DNA of 63,746 nucleotides, counting the filler, from Octopus bimaculoides (lineage: Eukaryota): NCBI RefSeq assembly GCF_001194135.2. It is 6 parts of 6 records of this genome, joined end to end, with 100 filler letters (N's around TTAATTAATTAA, not from the genome) between each part and the next. Parts side by side here need not be neighbours in the genome. Positions count along the whole stretch, not along the records: positions 1 to 11,362 come from NC_068995.1; positions 11,463 to 23,747 come from NC_069008.1; 4 more parts are not named here. One strand, written 5' to 3'. The position numbers and the translations under genes were made by a program. Below, in pieces: positions 1 to 12,439 of this stretch (its first letter is position 1; each line of letters opens with the position of its first letter). The notes under the pieces were generated by a model. The model searched no databases. It had not been told where the DNA came from and saw nothing but the letters and a program-made list of their open reading frames with translations.

Positions 1-55
1 CTGATAGAATCACAACCTTCTATCTGAGTTCTCATCTACGAACGACTGTGATAAA

Positions 56-163
56 ACCACCACCATAACCACCACCACCACCACCACTACCACCACCACC
101 ACCACCACCACCACCACTACCACCACCACTACCACCGCTACCGTCACCATCATCACCACCACC
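56..163. repeat. (CAC/ACC)n trinucleotide microsatellite
   Basis: Direct tandem CAC/CAT units visible. Confidence 0.9.
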
Positions 164-902
164 ATTATTGTTATTATTAAAGTATCTGAATTGCACTTTG
201 CTACTCATGTCACGTTAAGACGTTAAGATATGGACTTGAATGAAGTACGACAGCTATTTCTAGCATTTTGTGAGACCATTTAAAAGCACCCCCACCTTCG
301 TCATCCTCTTATAACGCCAGTTTCGATAAAATTTCTCAGATAACCCAAATCTCCTCAACAAACCTTTAAAAAAAAATCTCTGTAACACCGAAGAGAGTTT
401 TTATCCCCTAACACTGAGTAAGCCAAAATATTTAAAATTATCGCTAAAATTGATATTAATCAACGCATGCTCTTTTTATCAAGATGGCTAATGGGTTTGC
501 AGTGGCTCTGTTATTTTTTAAAGTCTCCCCGCTCTTCTGGTTATCCCTCCCGAATATTTTATATTTCTGGAGATCTGCTTTTTTGTTGTTGTTGTTTTTT
601 TAAACAATTTCTTTTTTTCATTCCATTGCATTGCCATACTTTCTGCTTAGCATTTATTAACCTCCATAAATATTGAAGACATTCTAACTTTTGTTGTTGT
701 TGATATTGTTGTTGTTATTGTTGTTATTGCACTTGTTGTTGTTCTTCTTCTTCATGTTGTATATTCCATAGACTAGAACTCTGTCTATTAATTTAATTTC
801 TTTCCCTCTTTTGCCCTCTTTTAGTTTTACAATATTGATTTTTTTTTTTACAGAGTTTTTCTCTATTTGCCGAAGAAAACTTATTCTGTCATGCAGAAGT
901 TA

Positions 903-1093
903 TCAATATATGTAAATATGTGCATGCGTACATATTCGCGTCTCTCTATCCATATACATGTGCGTGTATGTGTGTGTTGTGCATATGCATATTTATGCAT
1001 GTATGTGTGTATATAAATAAATATAGGTTTAAATATATATATATACATATATATATGTTTGTGTATATATGTATGTATATGTGTATGTATATA

Positions 1094-1156
<63 letters not shown>

Positions 1157-1736
1157 NNNNNNNNNNNNNNNNNNNNNNNNNNNNNNNNNNNNNNNNNNNN
1201 NNNNNNNNNNNNNNNNNNNNNNNNNNNNNNNNNNNNNNNNNNNNNNNNNNNNNNNNNNNNNNNNNNNNNNNNNNNNNNNNNNNNNNNNNNNNNNNNNNNN
1301 NNNNNNNNNNNNNNNNNNNNNNNNNNNNNNNNNNNNNNNNNNNNNNNNNNNNNNNNNNNNNNNNNNNNNNNNNNNNNNNNNNNNNNNNNNNNNNNNNNNN
1401 NNNNNNNNNNNNNNNNNNNNNNNNNNNNNNNNNNNNNNNNNNNNNNNNNNNNNNNNNNNNNNNNNNNNNNNNNNNNNNNNNNNNNNNNNNNNNNNNNNNN
1501 NNNNNNNNNNNNNNNNNNNNNNNNNNNNNNNNNNNNNNNNNNNNNNNNNNNNNNNNNNNNNNNNNNNNNNNNNNNNNNNNNNNNNNNNNNNNNNNNNNNN
1601 NNNNNNNNNNNNNNNNNNNNNNNNNNNNNNNNNNNNNNNNNNNNNNNNNNNNNNNNNNNNNNNNNNNNNNNNNNNNNNNNNNNNNNNNNNNNNNNNNNNN
1701 NNNNNNNNNNNNNNNNNNNNNNNNNNNNNNNNNNNN

Positions 1737-1803
<67 letters not shown>

Positions 1804-1890
1804 CTATGTATATGTATGTACGTATATATAATACATATATGTGTGTATATGTATATATATATGTGTGTGTGTATGTGTATGTATATTTGT
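903..1890. repeat. (TA)n/(TG)n compound microsatellite spanning an assembly gap
   Basis: TA/TG runs on both sides of the N-run 1157-1735. Many other gaps in the window are similarly flanked by TA/TG. Confidence 0.9.
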
Positions 1891-3750
1891 ATATTCCTCT
1901 TTATCTGTCTATTACTCAACATGCCCGTATGTAGGCATCTACTACGCCTTATAAATTGTACACCTATCGCGTTTCCCATTCGTTTTATTTGTTTTTAAAA
2001 GATCTTGATGAAATATTTATGTCGAGAGCATATACTGACTTTATCATTTAATAATTACATACTCCAGAGAAGTATGTAAGGTTACGACGGGTTATCACAT
2101 ATATGCTCGAAAACACACACATACAAACACTTACACACGCACACACACAATCACATACACAGTCACACGCACAAACAAAGACACACATTCACACTAACAT
2201 ATATTGAGACAATCACTTATACATATATATATATATATATATGCACCTACCTATGTGCATTTCTGTAATTAGTTTTCTTTTAATGAAATACCTCTCGAGT
2301 GAGAAGAAAAATTATTTGTAATATAGTTTTGTACAGAAAATAATTCGATATAAAAGCTNNNNNNNNNNNNNNNNNNNNNNNNNNNNNNNNNNNNNNNNNN
2401 NNNNNNNNNNNNNNNNNNNNNNNNNNNNNNNNNNNNNNNNNNNNNNNNNNNNNNNNNNNNNNNNNNNNNNNNNNNNNNNNNNNNNNNNNNNNNNNNNNNN
2501 NNNNNNNNNNNNNNNNNNNNNNNNNNNNNNNNNNNNNNNNNNNNNNNNNNNNNNNNNNNNNNNNNNNNNNNNNNNNNNNNNNNNNNNNNNNNNNNNNNNN
2601 NNNNNNNNNNNNNNNNNNNNNNNNNNNNNNNNNNNNNNNNNNNNNNNNNNNNNNNNNNNNNNNNNNNNNNNNNNNNNNNNNNNNNNNNNNNNNNNNNNNN
2701 NNNNNNNNNNNNNNNNNNNNNNNNNNNNNNNNNNNNNNNNNNNNNNNNNNNNNNNNNNNNNNNNNNNNNNNNNNNNNNNNNNNNNNNNNNNNNNNNNNNN
2801 NNNNNNNNNNNNNNNNNNNNNNNNNNNNNNNNNNNNNNNNNNNNNNNNNNNNNNNNNNNNNNNNNNNNNNNNNNNNNNNNNNNNNNNNNNNNNNNNNNNN
2901 NNNNNNNNNNNNNNNNNNNNNNNNNNNNNNNNNNNNNNNNNNNNNNNNNNNNNNNNNNNNNNNNNNNNNNNNNNNNNNNNNNNNNNNNNNNNNNNNNNNN
3001 NNNNNNNNNNNNNNNNNNNNNNNNNNNNNNNNNNNNNNNNNNNNNNNNNNNNNNNNNNNNNNNNNNNNNNNNNNNNNNNNNNNNNNNNNNNNNNNNNNNN
3101 NNNNNNNNNNNNNNNNNNNNNNNNNNNNNNNNNNNNNNNNNNNNNNNNNNNNNNNNNNNNNNNNNNNNNNNNNNNNNNNNNNNNNNNNNNNNNNNNNNNN
3201 NNNNNNNNNNNNNNNNNNNNNNNNNNNNNNNNNNNNNNNNNNNNNNNNNNNNNNNNNNNNNNNNNNNNNNNNNNNNNNNNNNNNATATATATATATATGT
3301 ACATATATATGTGTGTGTGTGTATATATATGTGTGTGTGTAGTTATAAACGTAATAAGGCAACATATGTATGTACAATTTAAAATCAGGTGACGTATATG
3401 AGGGAGAAGGCTGAAAAAGAATTGTTTACCGTTTTGGATGAAATGAGAAATTTCAAGAAATTTCAATATTGCGAATCTAATATTTAACAACGTATCACCT
3501 TTAATTAGTGAATTTGACATGGCGTATTGGATGTTGCTTAAATTGATTTATAGGATACAGAATAGCATCAGAAATAACATTAGACTCACTTCTCAATTGT
3601 ATACATATGAATATATGAGCGAATGTGTTAGTATATATATACATATAATTTATATCTATATATTTGTATTCAAAAACATATTTATATATATGTGCATATA
3701 TATGTATACATATACTTCTATACGTATACACACACATATATATAAGTGAG

Positions 3751-3799
<49 letters not shown>

Positions 3800-4468
3800 T
3801 ACTAAGAATTATATGTAAATATTTGTATATATATATATATATATATATANNNNNNNNNNNNNNNNNNNNNNNNNNNNNNNNNNNNNNNNNNNNNNNNNNN
3901 NNNNNNNNNNNNNNNNNNNNNNNNNNNNNNNNNNNNNNNNNNNNNNNNNNNNNNNNNNNNNNNNNNNNNNNNNNNNNNNNNNNNNNNNNNNNNNNNNNNN
4001 NNNNNNNNNNNNNNNNNNNNNNNNNNNNNNNNNNNNNNNNNNNNNNNNNNNNNNNNNNNNNNNNNNNNNNNNNNNNNNNNNNNNNNNNNNNNNNNNNNNN
4101 NNNNNNNNNNNNNNNNNNNNNNNNNNNNNNNNNNNNNNNNNNNNNNNNNNNNNNNNNNNNNNNNNNNNNNNNNNNNNNNNNNNNNNNNNNNNNNNNNNNN
4201 NNNNNNNNNNNNNNNNNNNNNNNNNNNNNNNNNNNNNNNNNNNNNNNNNNNNNNNNNNNNNNNNNNNNNNNNNNNNNNNNNNNNNNNNNNNNNNNNNNNN
4301 NNNNNNNNNNNNNNNNNNNNNNNNNNNNNNNNNNNNNNNNNNNNNNNNNNNNNNNNNNNNNNNNNNNNNNNNNNNNNNNNNNNNNNNNNNNNNNNNNNNN
4401 NNNNNNNNNNNNNNNNNNNNNNNNNNNNNNNNNNNNNNNNNNNNNNNNNNNNNNNNNNNNNNNNNNNN

Positions 4469-4505
<37 letters not shown>

Positions 4506-6627
4506 AGGTGGTGTATATATGTGCGTGTGTGTGTGTGTGCGTGTGTGTGTGTAAATATGTATGTATGTATGATGCTAGGCTGTACAACAAAAGGTTTCTT
4601 GACTGATCACACAAACACAAACATATAGAGAAAGAGGGAGATAGCTATACACACACATACACACACACATTCACATATATATATATGTGCAGAAGTACGT
4701 ACGTATACTTATATATTTATCTCTGTATACACATGTAAGTTTACACATTTATGTACGCCTATATGAATACGCATATGTGAGCGGCATATAATAGCGAAGC
4801 CAGAAGAGACTAAACTAATTAATTCCAGGCTAACTAACCGATGTTGAAAGAGAAACTATACTTAGTGTAAACAAAACTTAATGAAATTTCAGCCGATTGA
4901 CTTTGTTATAAACATAAATGAATGAATAAATAAATAAAGAAATAGACGCAAAGACATATAATTATAAATATAAATATATGAATAGATGCATATACATGTA
5001 ATTATAAATATAAATATATGATTAACTAGATCAATAGAAAGAACTAGTGTTATATTTATTAAGTTCATACATGCAGAACTCATTTCTACGTTACTTATCA
5101 GTCTGTTCTGCTTTCTACTTTTCTGTTTTCTTTTTCAAATTCTGTGTGCTTCTCTTCTTTCCTTGTATACATGTGCGTGAGTGTATATGTGCATGTGTGC
5201 GTGTGTGTGTATGTGTGATTGTTTGTATGTTTGTGTTGTAGTGTGTGCGTGTGTGCGTGTGTATTGTGTGTGTGTTTGTGTGTGTGTGTGTGTGATTGTG
5301 TGCGTGTTGTGCGTTAGTGTGTGTGTCTTTGTGTGTATGTGTGTATTTATATATACATATATGTGTGTGTGTGTGTGTGTGTGTTATTGCTTATTTCTAC
5401 CGTTTATTGTTTCGACCTCGAAAGGATGAAACAGTTACTCAGAGTAACAGTTTTTGTGATATTTTTGCTGCTTTTTAATAAAGCATTTTACTCTACCTCT
5501 GGTATTCGAGTACTATTNNNNNNNNNNNNNNNNNNNNNNNNNNNNNNNNNNNNNNNNNNNNNNNNNNNNNNNNNNNNNNNNNNNNNNNNNNNNNNNNNNN
5601 NNNNNNNNNNNNNNNNNNNNNNNNNNNNNNNNNNNNNNNNNNNNNNNNNNNNNNNNNNNNNNNNNNNNNNNNNNNNNNNNNNNNNNNNNNNNNNNNNNNN
5701 NNNNNNNNNNNNNNNNNNNNNNNNNNNNNNNNNNNNNNNNNNNNNNNNNNNNNNNNNNNNNNNNNNNNNNNNNNNNNNNNNNNNNNNNNNNNNNNNNNNN
5801 NNNNNATATATATATATATATATACACACACATTATTTAATATATGTGACGAGAATAAGAAGCGGGTCAGATCTTATATAATACGAACCAAACGTGACCA
5901 TTGCCATACAAAGGTATAGAAAGGTATTTTAATAGGTGTTTCAAACGTCACCTTTTATAATGAAGGAATCACTACACATTTAGTAATGTAAAAATCGGCC
6001 TGTATCCTGCATGACACGACATGCAGTGAACGGTAAAATCATTTTCTTTTTTTTTTTTTTAATTGGGCTGAATGTCTACCTGTATGAGTACAGGCTAAAT
6101 ATTGTGGCTGACTGGTTAAATTGCTTTCCTCAACGAACAATTAAACTTTGGTCACTCCTTTCATTCTTAGAATCGATTATACAGCGTAAAAGACGCTATT
6201 AGTTTTTATTGCTCCATTCATTTAGGAAGGAAGGCGAAAACATTTCCTGCTTAATATTTCGCACCTGGGGAAAACTTCTAATTTTATTTTTATTTTCATT
6301 GACTAATTCTTTCTTCTTAATTGTATATATACGTCTGTCTGTCTCTGTGGGGGTGCATCTATTTAATTTTGCAATATAAGTGCTTATATTTATTTGCAGC
6401 CTCTACAAAACTGGGACTGTTGCGTTATTTCTCGATATTGAATTTTATTGTTCACTAAACGAAAGAACAGGGCATAATTGGTCGACTATGTTACGTATAT
6501 TGCAGACAAATAGTTATATAAAGGATTAAAAACTAAAAAACAAAACAAAATTCCATATTGCAGTTATTCCTCCTTTTTAACATTCAGCTGCACACAATGT
6601 GGCGACACTGAAAAGATGACAGCATAT

Positions 6628-6687
6628 TCTTTTTTACTCTAGGCACAAGGCCCGAAATTTGTGGGGGAGGGTGCCAGTCGATTAGAT
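6628..6687 (-). mobile_element. SINE family B, 3' tail fragment
   Basis: ctctaggcacaaggcccgaaattt...gccagtcgattagat matches the tail of copies at 14881, 19890 and 54152. Confidence 0.7.
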
Positions 6688-6701
6688 ATATATATATATA
6701 T

Positions 6702-6955
6702 AATTTACATCATTTAGATTTGACGGATATTTGTCTTCATCTTGTTTGTTGTTAACACAACGTTTCGGCCTTCATCAGGTGTCTTGGGGAAATTTCGAAC
6801 CTGGGTTTTCATTCCTTAGGTATTTCTCGATGTTGTTATTATTATTATTATTATTATTCAGGTCAATGTCTGGAATCGAACTCGGAATCTTGGAGTTAGT
6901 AGTCCGCGCTCTTAACCACTATGCCATGTGCCCGTGGGCATATGGCGTAGTGGTT
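6702..6955 (-). mobile_element. Family E: tRNA-Arg-like head + (AAT)n + hammerhead-bearing tail (SINE-like element)
   Basis: Minus strand reads GGGCACATGGCATAGTGGTTAAGAGC...CTACTAA...AAGATTCCGAGTTCGATTCC (A/B boxes, tRNA-Arg(ACG)-like), then (AAT)n, then a tail with GACAC-CTGATGA-A-GGCC-GAAA-CG-TT-GTGTT. A second copy lies at 21555-22078. Confidence 0.8.
6754..6783 (-). ncRNA. Minimal type-I hammerhead ribozyme motif (stem II collapsed to GGCC)
   Basis: GACAC/GUGUU stem I, intact CUGAUGA and GAAA core, palindromic AACGUU stem III region, putative cleavage triplet GUU. Confidence 0.6.
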
Positions 6956-7120
6956 CTTAAATATAGAACTGTATATGAGTGTGTATATATATATATATAT
7001 ATTTATGCATGTATGTATGTAATGTATATATGTAATGTTTGTATGTATGTATTGAATTGAAAAATGTATGTCTAAAAAATTTATATACAGCATTTTCCTT
7101 ATATTCATAAATTTAAACAT

Positions 7121-7179
<59 letters not shown>

Positions 7180-7274
7180 CAAGTCCTGCATACTGCAAAC
7201 TGTTAATGCTTAGAGTCGTCATTTCGCCTTTTCAGAGAATAAAATGTTATTTGATGATGATTTCAATATTGGTT

Positions 7275-7470
7275 TCAAATTTTGGCACAAGGCCAGCAAT
7301 TTCGGGGGTGGGGGGAAATTCGATTACACCGACCCCAGTACTCAACTGGTACTTATTTTATTCACCTCGCGAAGATGAAAGACAAAGTCAAGCTCGGCAG
7401 AACTTGAACTCAGAACTCGAAGACAGATGAAATGCCGCTAAGCATTTTACTCTGCTGCTAACGATTCGGC
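7275..7470 (-). mobile_element. SINE family B (tRNA-derived), diverged
   Basis: gaccccagtactcaactggtactt...aaagtcaagctcggcagaacttgaactcagaa...gccgctaagcat, shared with many copies; the B box reads GAGTTCAA on the minus strand. Confidence 0.8.
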
Positions 7471-7813
7471 CTTAAATGACGATTTCAATATTAATTTCCG
7501 GTTTAATTACAGAGTGAAAATTCTCTTTGCGATGTTTTTTTCCCCGAGTAACTTTGTGTGTGTGTGTGTGTGTAACGTGGGGACCGGCATGTCGAAGAAT
7601 AGACCCGTAATTTTCACGGTGTATCGTATAAGACGAGTAAATGAGGTCATGGTAGGACTTTTCACTTAGACTTCGCAAACATTTTTATTAGAAACGCCGA
7701 CACAAAGAAAGCCATAGGCAGGAAGTTTGTTGCCTGAGTGGTGCAAAAGTGCCATCCGCTAGGACTAGTAAGACATCACCTACAAAATGGTAGATGCAGC
7801 GACACGCTGGTAC

Positions 7814-7824
7814 TGCGCATGCGC
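7814..7824. promoter_or_regulatory. NRF1-type motif TGCGCATGCGC in a locally CpG-richer unique island
   Basis: Motif match only; no transcript evidence. Confidence 0.3.
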
Positions 7825-8271
7825 CCATACTCTTACCACTAACTTTATTTTGAGGATGTGGAATGCTATAAATCTCTCATTTGCGCAAATGTCAAGATGG
7901 AAAATTCTCGACAAATGGATCCCTTGTGATTATTGCGCCCATTAAATTTTCCCTTGATTCACAGATTTTGCGCGCTCAACAGGACAAAAGAATATTTTAT
8001 AAAGCTTTTCCGTCCAACACTAAAGCGGAAATATAAAACGATTATGACTAACAAATACGTATGCACATATCTTATACTTGGAATATCTACAAGTTATGTT
8101 AGATATTTATGGCTGGGTGTGTGCGTCTACATACGTATGACAGTCTGTGTGTATGTAGGTTAGAATGCTCTTGAGTATGTGGTCGTGCTGTTGATATGTG
8201 TGCGTGTGTGTGTGCGCGTAGTGTATATATATATATATATGTGTGTGGGTGTATCTGCGAGTGTCTACTAT

Positions 8272-8431
8272 GAGGTAAGAAGCTTGCTTCCCAGTTACAT
8301 AGTTCCGGGTTCAGTCCCACTGCGTGGCACCATGGGCGTGAGTCCTTTATTATAGCCTGGGTCTGACCAAAGTCTTGTGAGTGGATTTGGTAGACGGGAA
8401 ACTGAAAAGAAGACGTTCTTTGTATATATAC

Positions 8432-8485
<54 letters not shown>

Positions 8486-8554
8486 ATGTATGTATGTATG
8501 TATGTATGTATGTATGTATGTATAGATAGATAGATAGATAGATAAATAGTTAGT

Positions 8555-8618
<64 letters not shown>

Positions 8619-8838
8619 CGTACATATGTTATGTGTGTCATTGTGTCTGTGTTTGTCCCCACCACCACCACCACCACCACCACCACCACTACCACCACCA
8701 TCGCTTGACAACTGATGCTGGTGTGTTTACGTTCCTGTAACTTAGCGGTTCCGCAAATGCGACCGATAGAGTAAGTATCAGGCTTACAAACAATAGGTCC
8801 TGGGGTCGACTTCCTCGATTAAAAGGTGGTGCTCCATG
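8272..8838 (+). mobile_element. SINE family A with expanded internal (TG)(TATG)(TAGA)(ACC) microsatellite
   Basis: Head ...gttccgggttcagtcccactgcgtggcacc..., body gtgagtggatttggtagacgg, tail gacaactgatgctggtgtgtttacg...gtcctggggtcgac; aligns with the copy at 24606. Confidence 0.85.
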
Positions 8839-8854
8839 TGTGTGTGTTTGTGTA

Positions 8855-9018
8855 GTATAGGCTTCTTTCAGTTTCAGTCTAACAAAACCACGCACAAATC
8901 TTTGGTCGGCCCGAGGCTATAGTAGAAGATACTTACTCAAGGTGCCATGCAGTGAGACTGAACCACGAATCATGTGCTTGAGAAGCAAGCTTCTTGCCAC
9001 GTCGCCACGCTTGCGCCT
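8855..9018 (-). mobile_element. SINE family A, 5' half
   Basis: Reverse complement of the family A head and central domain. Confidence 0.8.
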
Positions 9019-9103
9019 AATGTACGTAAATATTTCTACATTAACATGCATAATTGTGTATACAATTACAAGGTATACGCATGCAATCACAATGACCGTG
9101 TGT

Positions 9104-9142
<39 letters not shown>

Positions 9143-9434
9143 TGTGTCTGTGTGTGTGTGTGGAAACAGCTGATGAATCATTGTCGTTACTCAAACATTC
9201 GTTATTATTTGTGTTGATATCGTTTTATCTTATATTGTTGAACTTTTGTAAGCTTTTTCCAACGACGTGGTAGTTATTCCTTTCGTATAAACTGTTCCCT
9301 TTGTCGGCGAATACGAACATGTTGTTGAAAAAGCTTATTGTATTTATATTTCCCTGTAGATTGTGTTGGTATGTGTTTTCTGTCTTTTCACGAATTTTAA
9401 GGAAAACAAATAGCAACCAAGCTACGTAAACATA

Positions 9435-9519
9435 ATGGCGGCTGTTTTGACAAAAAAAAAATTAAAACATATATTACATTCAAAGACCACAAAGACAAGC
9501 TCAACAACAATGAAGACTA
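9435..9519 (+). CDS. Possible first coding exon (MAAVLTKKKLKHILHSKTTKTSSTTMKT), unverified
   Basis: ATAATGGCGGC start context (YY1-like) and a GTAAGC donor at 9520; no homology recognised. Confidence 0.2.
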
Positions 9520-11139
9520 GTAAGCCCTCTAAAATGTGAATTAGGCGTGGCCAACCCAAAAATCTACTAAACTCCTTTCCACCAAAAGAATATTTGTGAA
9601 AAAATATTCTCAATTTGATAAATTAGCTCAAACAGATCAGGTTTGAATCGTTAAAAAATTTATATACATAAACATATATTATACGTTTATGAAACAACCG
9701 AATAGCTAAAAAAAAAAAAAACACAGGTTGTATTCGGGCAAATGCAAAAATACTAAAAAAGACTCCACGTTAATTGTGAATTGGGTTCAATTTCTGGATT
9801 AAAGCCGTAAATATGACTTTTTTCCCTTCGTCAGCATAAAACACGGGAATAACCCGTACAAAGCGGATTCGCACGTCTACATAGAAATATTTGCACGTAT
9901 AGACCAAAAGGAGTTAGATTTATATTTTTTCATCTCACCTACGTGTATATTATCAAAATAGCCTCGCAGGAAATTAATATATATATATATAAAGTGGTGT
10001 GGTGTGGTGTGGTGTGGTGCATAGTGAAGNNNNNNNNNNNNNNNNNNNNNNNNNNNNNNNNNNNNNNNNNNNNNNNNNNNNNNNNNNNNNNNNNNNNNNN
10101 NNNNNNNNNNNNNNNNNNNNNNNNNNNNNNNNNNNNNNNNNNNNNNNNNNNNNNNNNNNNNNNNNNNNNNNNNNNNNNNNNNNNNNNNNNNNNNNNNNNN
10201 NNNNNNNNNNNNNNNNNNNNNNNNNNNNNNNNNNNNNNNNNNNNNNNNNNNNNNNNNNNNNNNNNNNNNNNNNNNNNNNNNNNNNNNNNNNNNNNNNNNN
10301 NNNNNNNNNNNNNNNNNNNNNNNNNNNNNNNNNNNNNNNNNNNNNNNNNNNNNNNNNNNNNNNNNNNNNNNNNNNNNNNNNNNNNNNNNNNNNNNNNNNN
10401 NNNNNNNNNNNNNNNNNNNNNNNNNNNNNNNNNNNNNNNNNNNNNNNNNNNNNNNNNNNNNNNNNNNNNNNNNNNNNNNNNNNNNNNNNNNNNNNNNNNN
10501 NNNNNNNNNNNNNNNNNNNNNNNNNNNNNNNNNNNNNNNNNNNNNNNNNNNNNNNNNNNNNNNNNNNNNNNNNNNNNNNNNNNNNNNNNNNNNNNNNNNN
10601 NNNNNNNNNNNNNNNNNNNNNNNNNNNNNNNNNNNNNNNNNNNNNNNNNNNNNNNNNNNNNNNNNNNNNNNNNNNNNNNNNNNNNNNNNNNNNNNNNNNN
10701 NNNNNNNNNNNNNNNNNNNNNNNNNNNNNNNNNNNNNNNNNNNNNNNNNNNNNNNNNNNNNNNNNNNNNNNNNNNNNNNNNNNNNNNNNNNNNNNNNNNN
10801 NNNNNNNNNNNNNNNNNNNNNNNNNNNNNNNNNNNNNNNNNNNNNNNNNNNNNNNNNNNNNNNNNNNNNNNNNNNNNNNNNNNNNNNNNNNNATATATAT
10901 ATATATAAATATGTAAGTATGTATGTTTATATACATATGTATGTTAGTAACTATTTGTAAATATAGGTATATTCACTCGTACACACTTAAACAGTCAATA
11001 TACGTATACAGACATACAGACACATACACGGATATACACTTACATGTATATGTATATGTGCATGGAATGTATGAGTGTGCGTGTGTGGGCATGTATGTGA
11101 GGGCATGCCTGTGTGTGTGTGTGTGTGTGTTTGTGTTTG

Positions 11140-11177
<38 letters not shown>

Positions 11178-11900
11178 GACATATCTAGGACAGATGTATA
11201 GATAGATATGTTGAAATGTACGTGCAAGTAGGCTGATAGGTAGATACGTTGAAATGTCGATTCTAACCGTCATATATATATAAGACGGTAGGTAGGTAGG
11301 TATGCGTTTTGAAGGTGGGTTAGAAGACTAGTCGGGTAGTTTTGAAGAGGTACATAGGATAGNNNNNNNNNNNNNNNNNNNNNNNNNNNNNNNNNNNNNN
11401 NNNNNNTTAATTAATTAANNNNNNNNNNNNNNNNNNNNNNNNNNNNNNNNNNNNNNNNNNNNGGATCAAATGAAGAAAAAATAATTAATAATGAATAACC
11501 ACCCTAAAAGCTCCTTTAATGAGCCATTATTGTTGTTGTTGTTGTTGCTGCTGCTGCAGTTGTACTTTAAATCAAGCCAGGACTGATGCTGCACTTAAAG
11601 ATTTTCTTGGGAAGTTGTAAAGCTGCTCAATGAAGTTGTCTTGTCTCAGCCACGCCTTTTTTCCGTTGCTATTCCTACTTTATCCTCGTCGCTGTTATTA
11701 TCACAGTCGTGTTTTGTTTGGCTTTCATCCTCCTGCGAGTCGATTAAAAAAAAATCAAGTGCCAGTCAAGTACCAAGGATTTAATGCAATCGAGTACACT
11801 GTACCCTCCACATCACTGTCCTTGTGCCCAGTGCCAAATTCTGTAACACATTTTCCACTGAACGGCCCTTGTGGCAAATAAGGCAGAAAATTGTTATTAT

Positions 11901-12140
11901 AGGCGCAGGAGTGGCTGTGTGGTAAGTAGCTTCCTTACCAACCACATGGTTCCGGGTTCAGTCCCACTGTGTGACACCCTGGGCAAGTGTCTTCTACTAT
12001 GTTTAGCAGCATTTCATATGTCTTTACATTCTGAGTTCAAATTCTGCCAAAGTTGACGTTGCTTTTCATCTTTTCAGGGTCGACATAATCAACAAGCTCC
12101 CCTCCCACAAAATTTAAAACCTTGTGCCTATAGTAAAAAA
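11901..12140 (+). mobile_element. SINE A head (11901-12000) fused to an internally deleted SINE B body (12003-12140)
   Basis: aggcgcaggagtggctgtgtggtaag...cttctactat is followed directly by ttagcagcatttc...gagttcaaattc...ccttgtgcctatagtaaaa. Confidence 0.75.
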
Positions 12141-12439
12141 GGATTATTATTATTATTATTATTATTATTCAGAATATTTAAAATAAAACAGTAATTCTTC
12201 ACAAATGTATTGGGAGTTAGTTTTTTTTTCTGATAGAAAGTAAGAAAAAAAACTATGGTCAAAGCTGGAACGCTTGACCACAGGTCTACTGTGCCAACAA
12301 CAACAAGGAAACAAGACAGAGATAATGAAGTCCTAAAAACGCCATGGTTAATCCACATTATTCCGTAAGGAGCATGGGGGTCGGTTTCCACATTTCTCTG
12401 GCATATATATTCCCTGCTGGACAGGACACAAGTCCATCA

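Noticed and set aside
6860-6933. Functional tRNA genes at SINE heads (also 19370-19440, 21990-22060, 24606-24680)
   Set aside because: No complete acceptor stem, imperfect anticodon stems, and all continue into repeat bodies.
11363-11462. TTAATTAATTAA islands inside N-runs (11407, 23792, 38844, 44918, 62215)
   Set aside because: Identical 12-mer giving stops in all six frames, centred in fixed-length (~100-bp) N spacers: an artificial scaffold linker, not biology.
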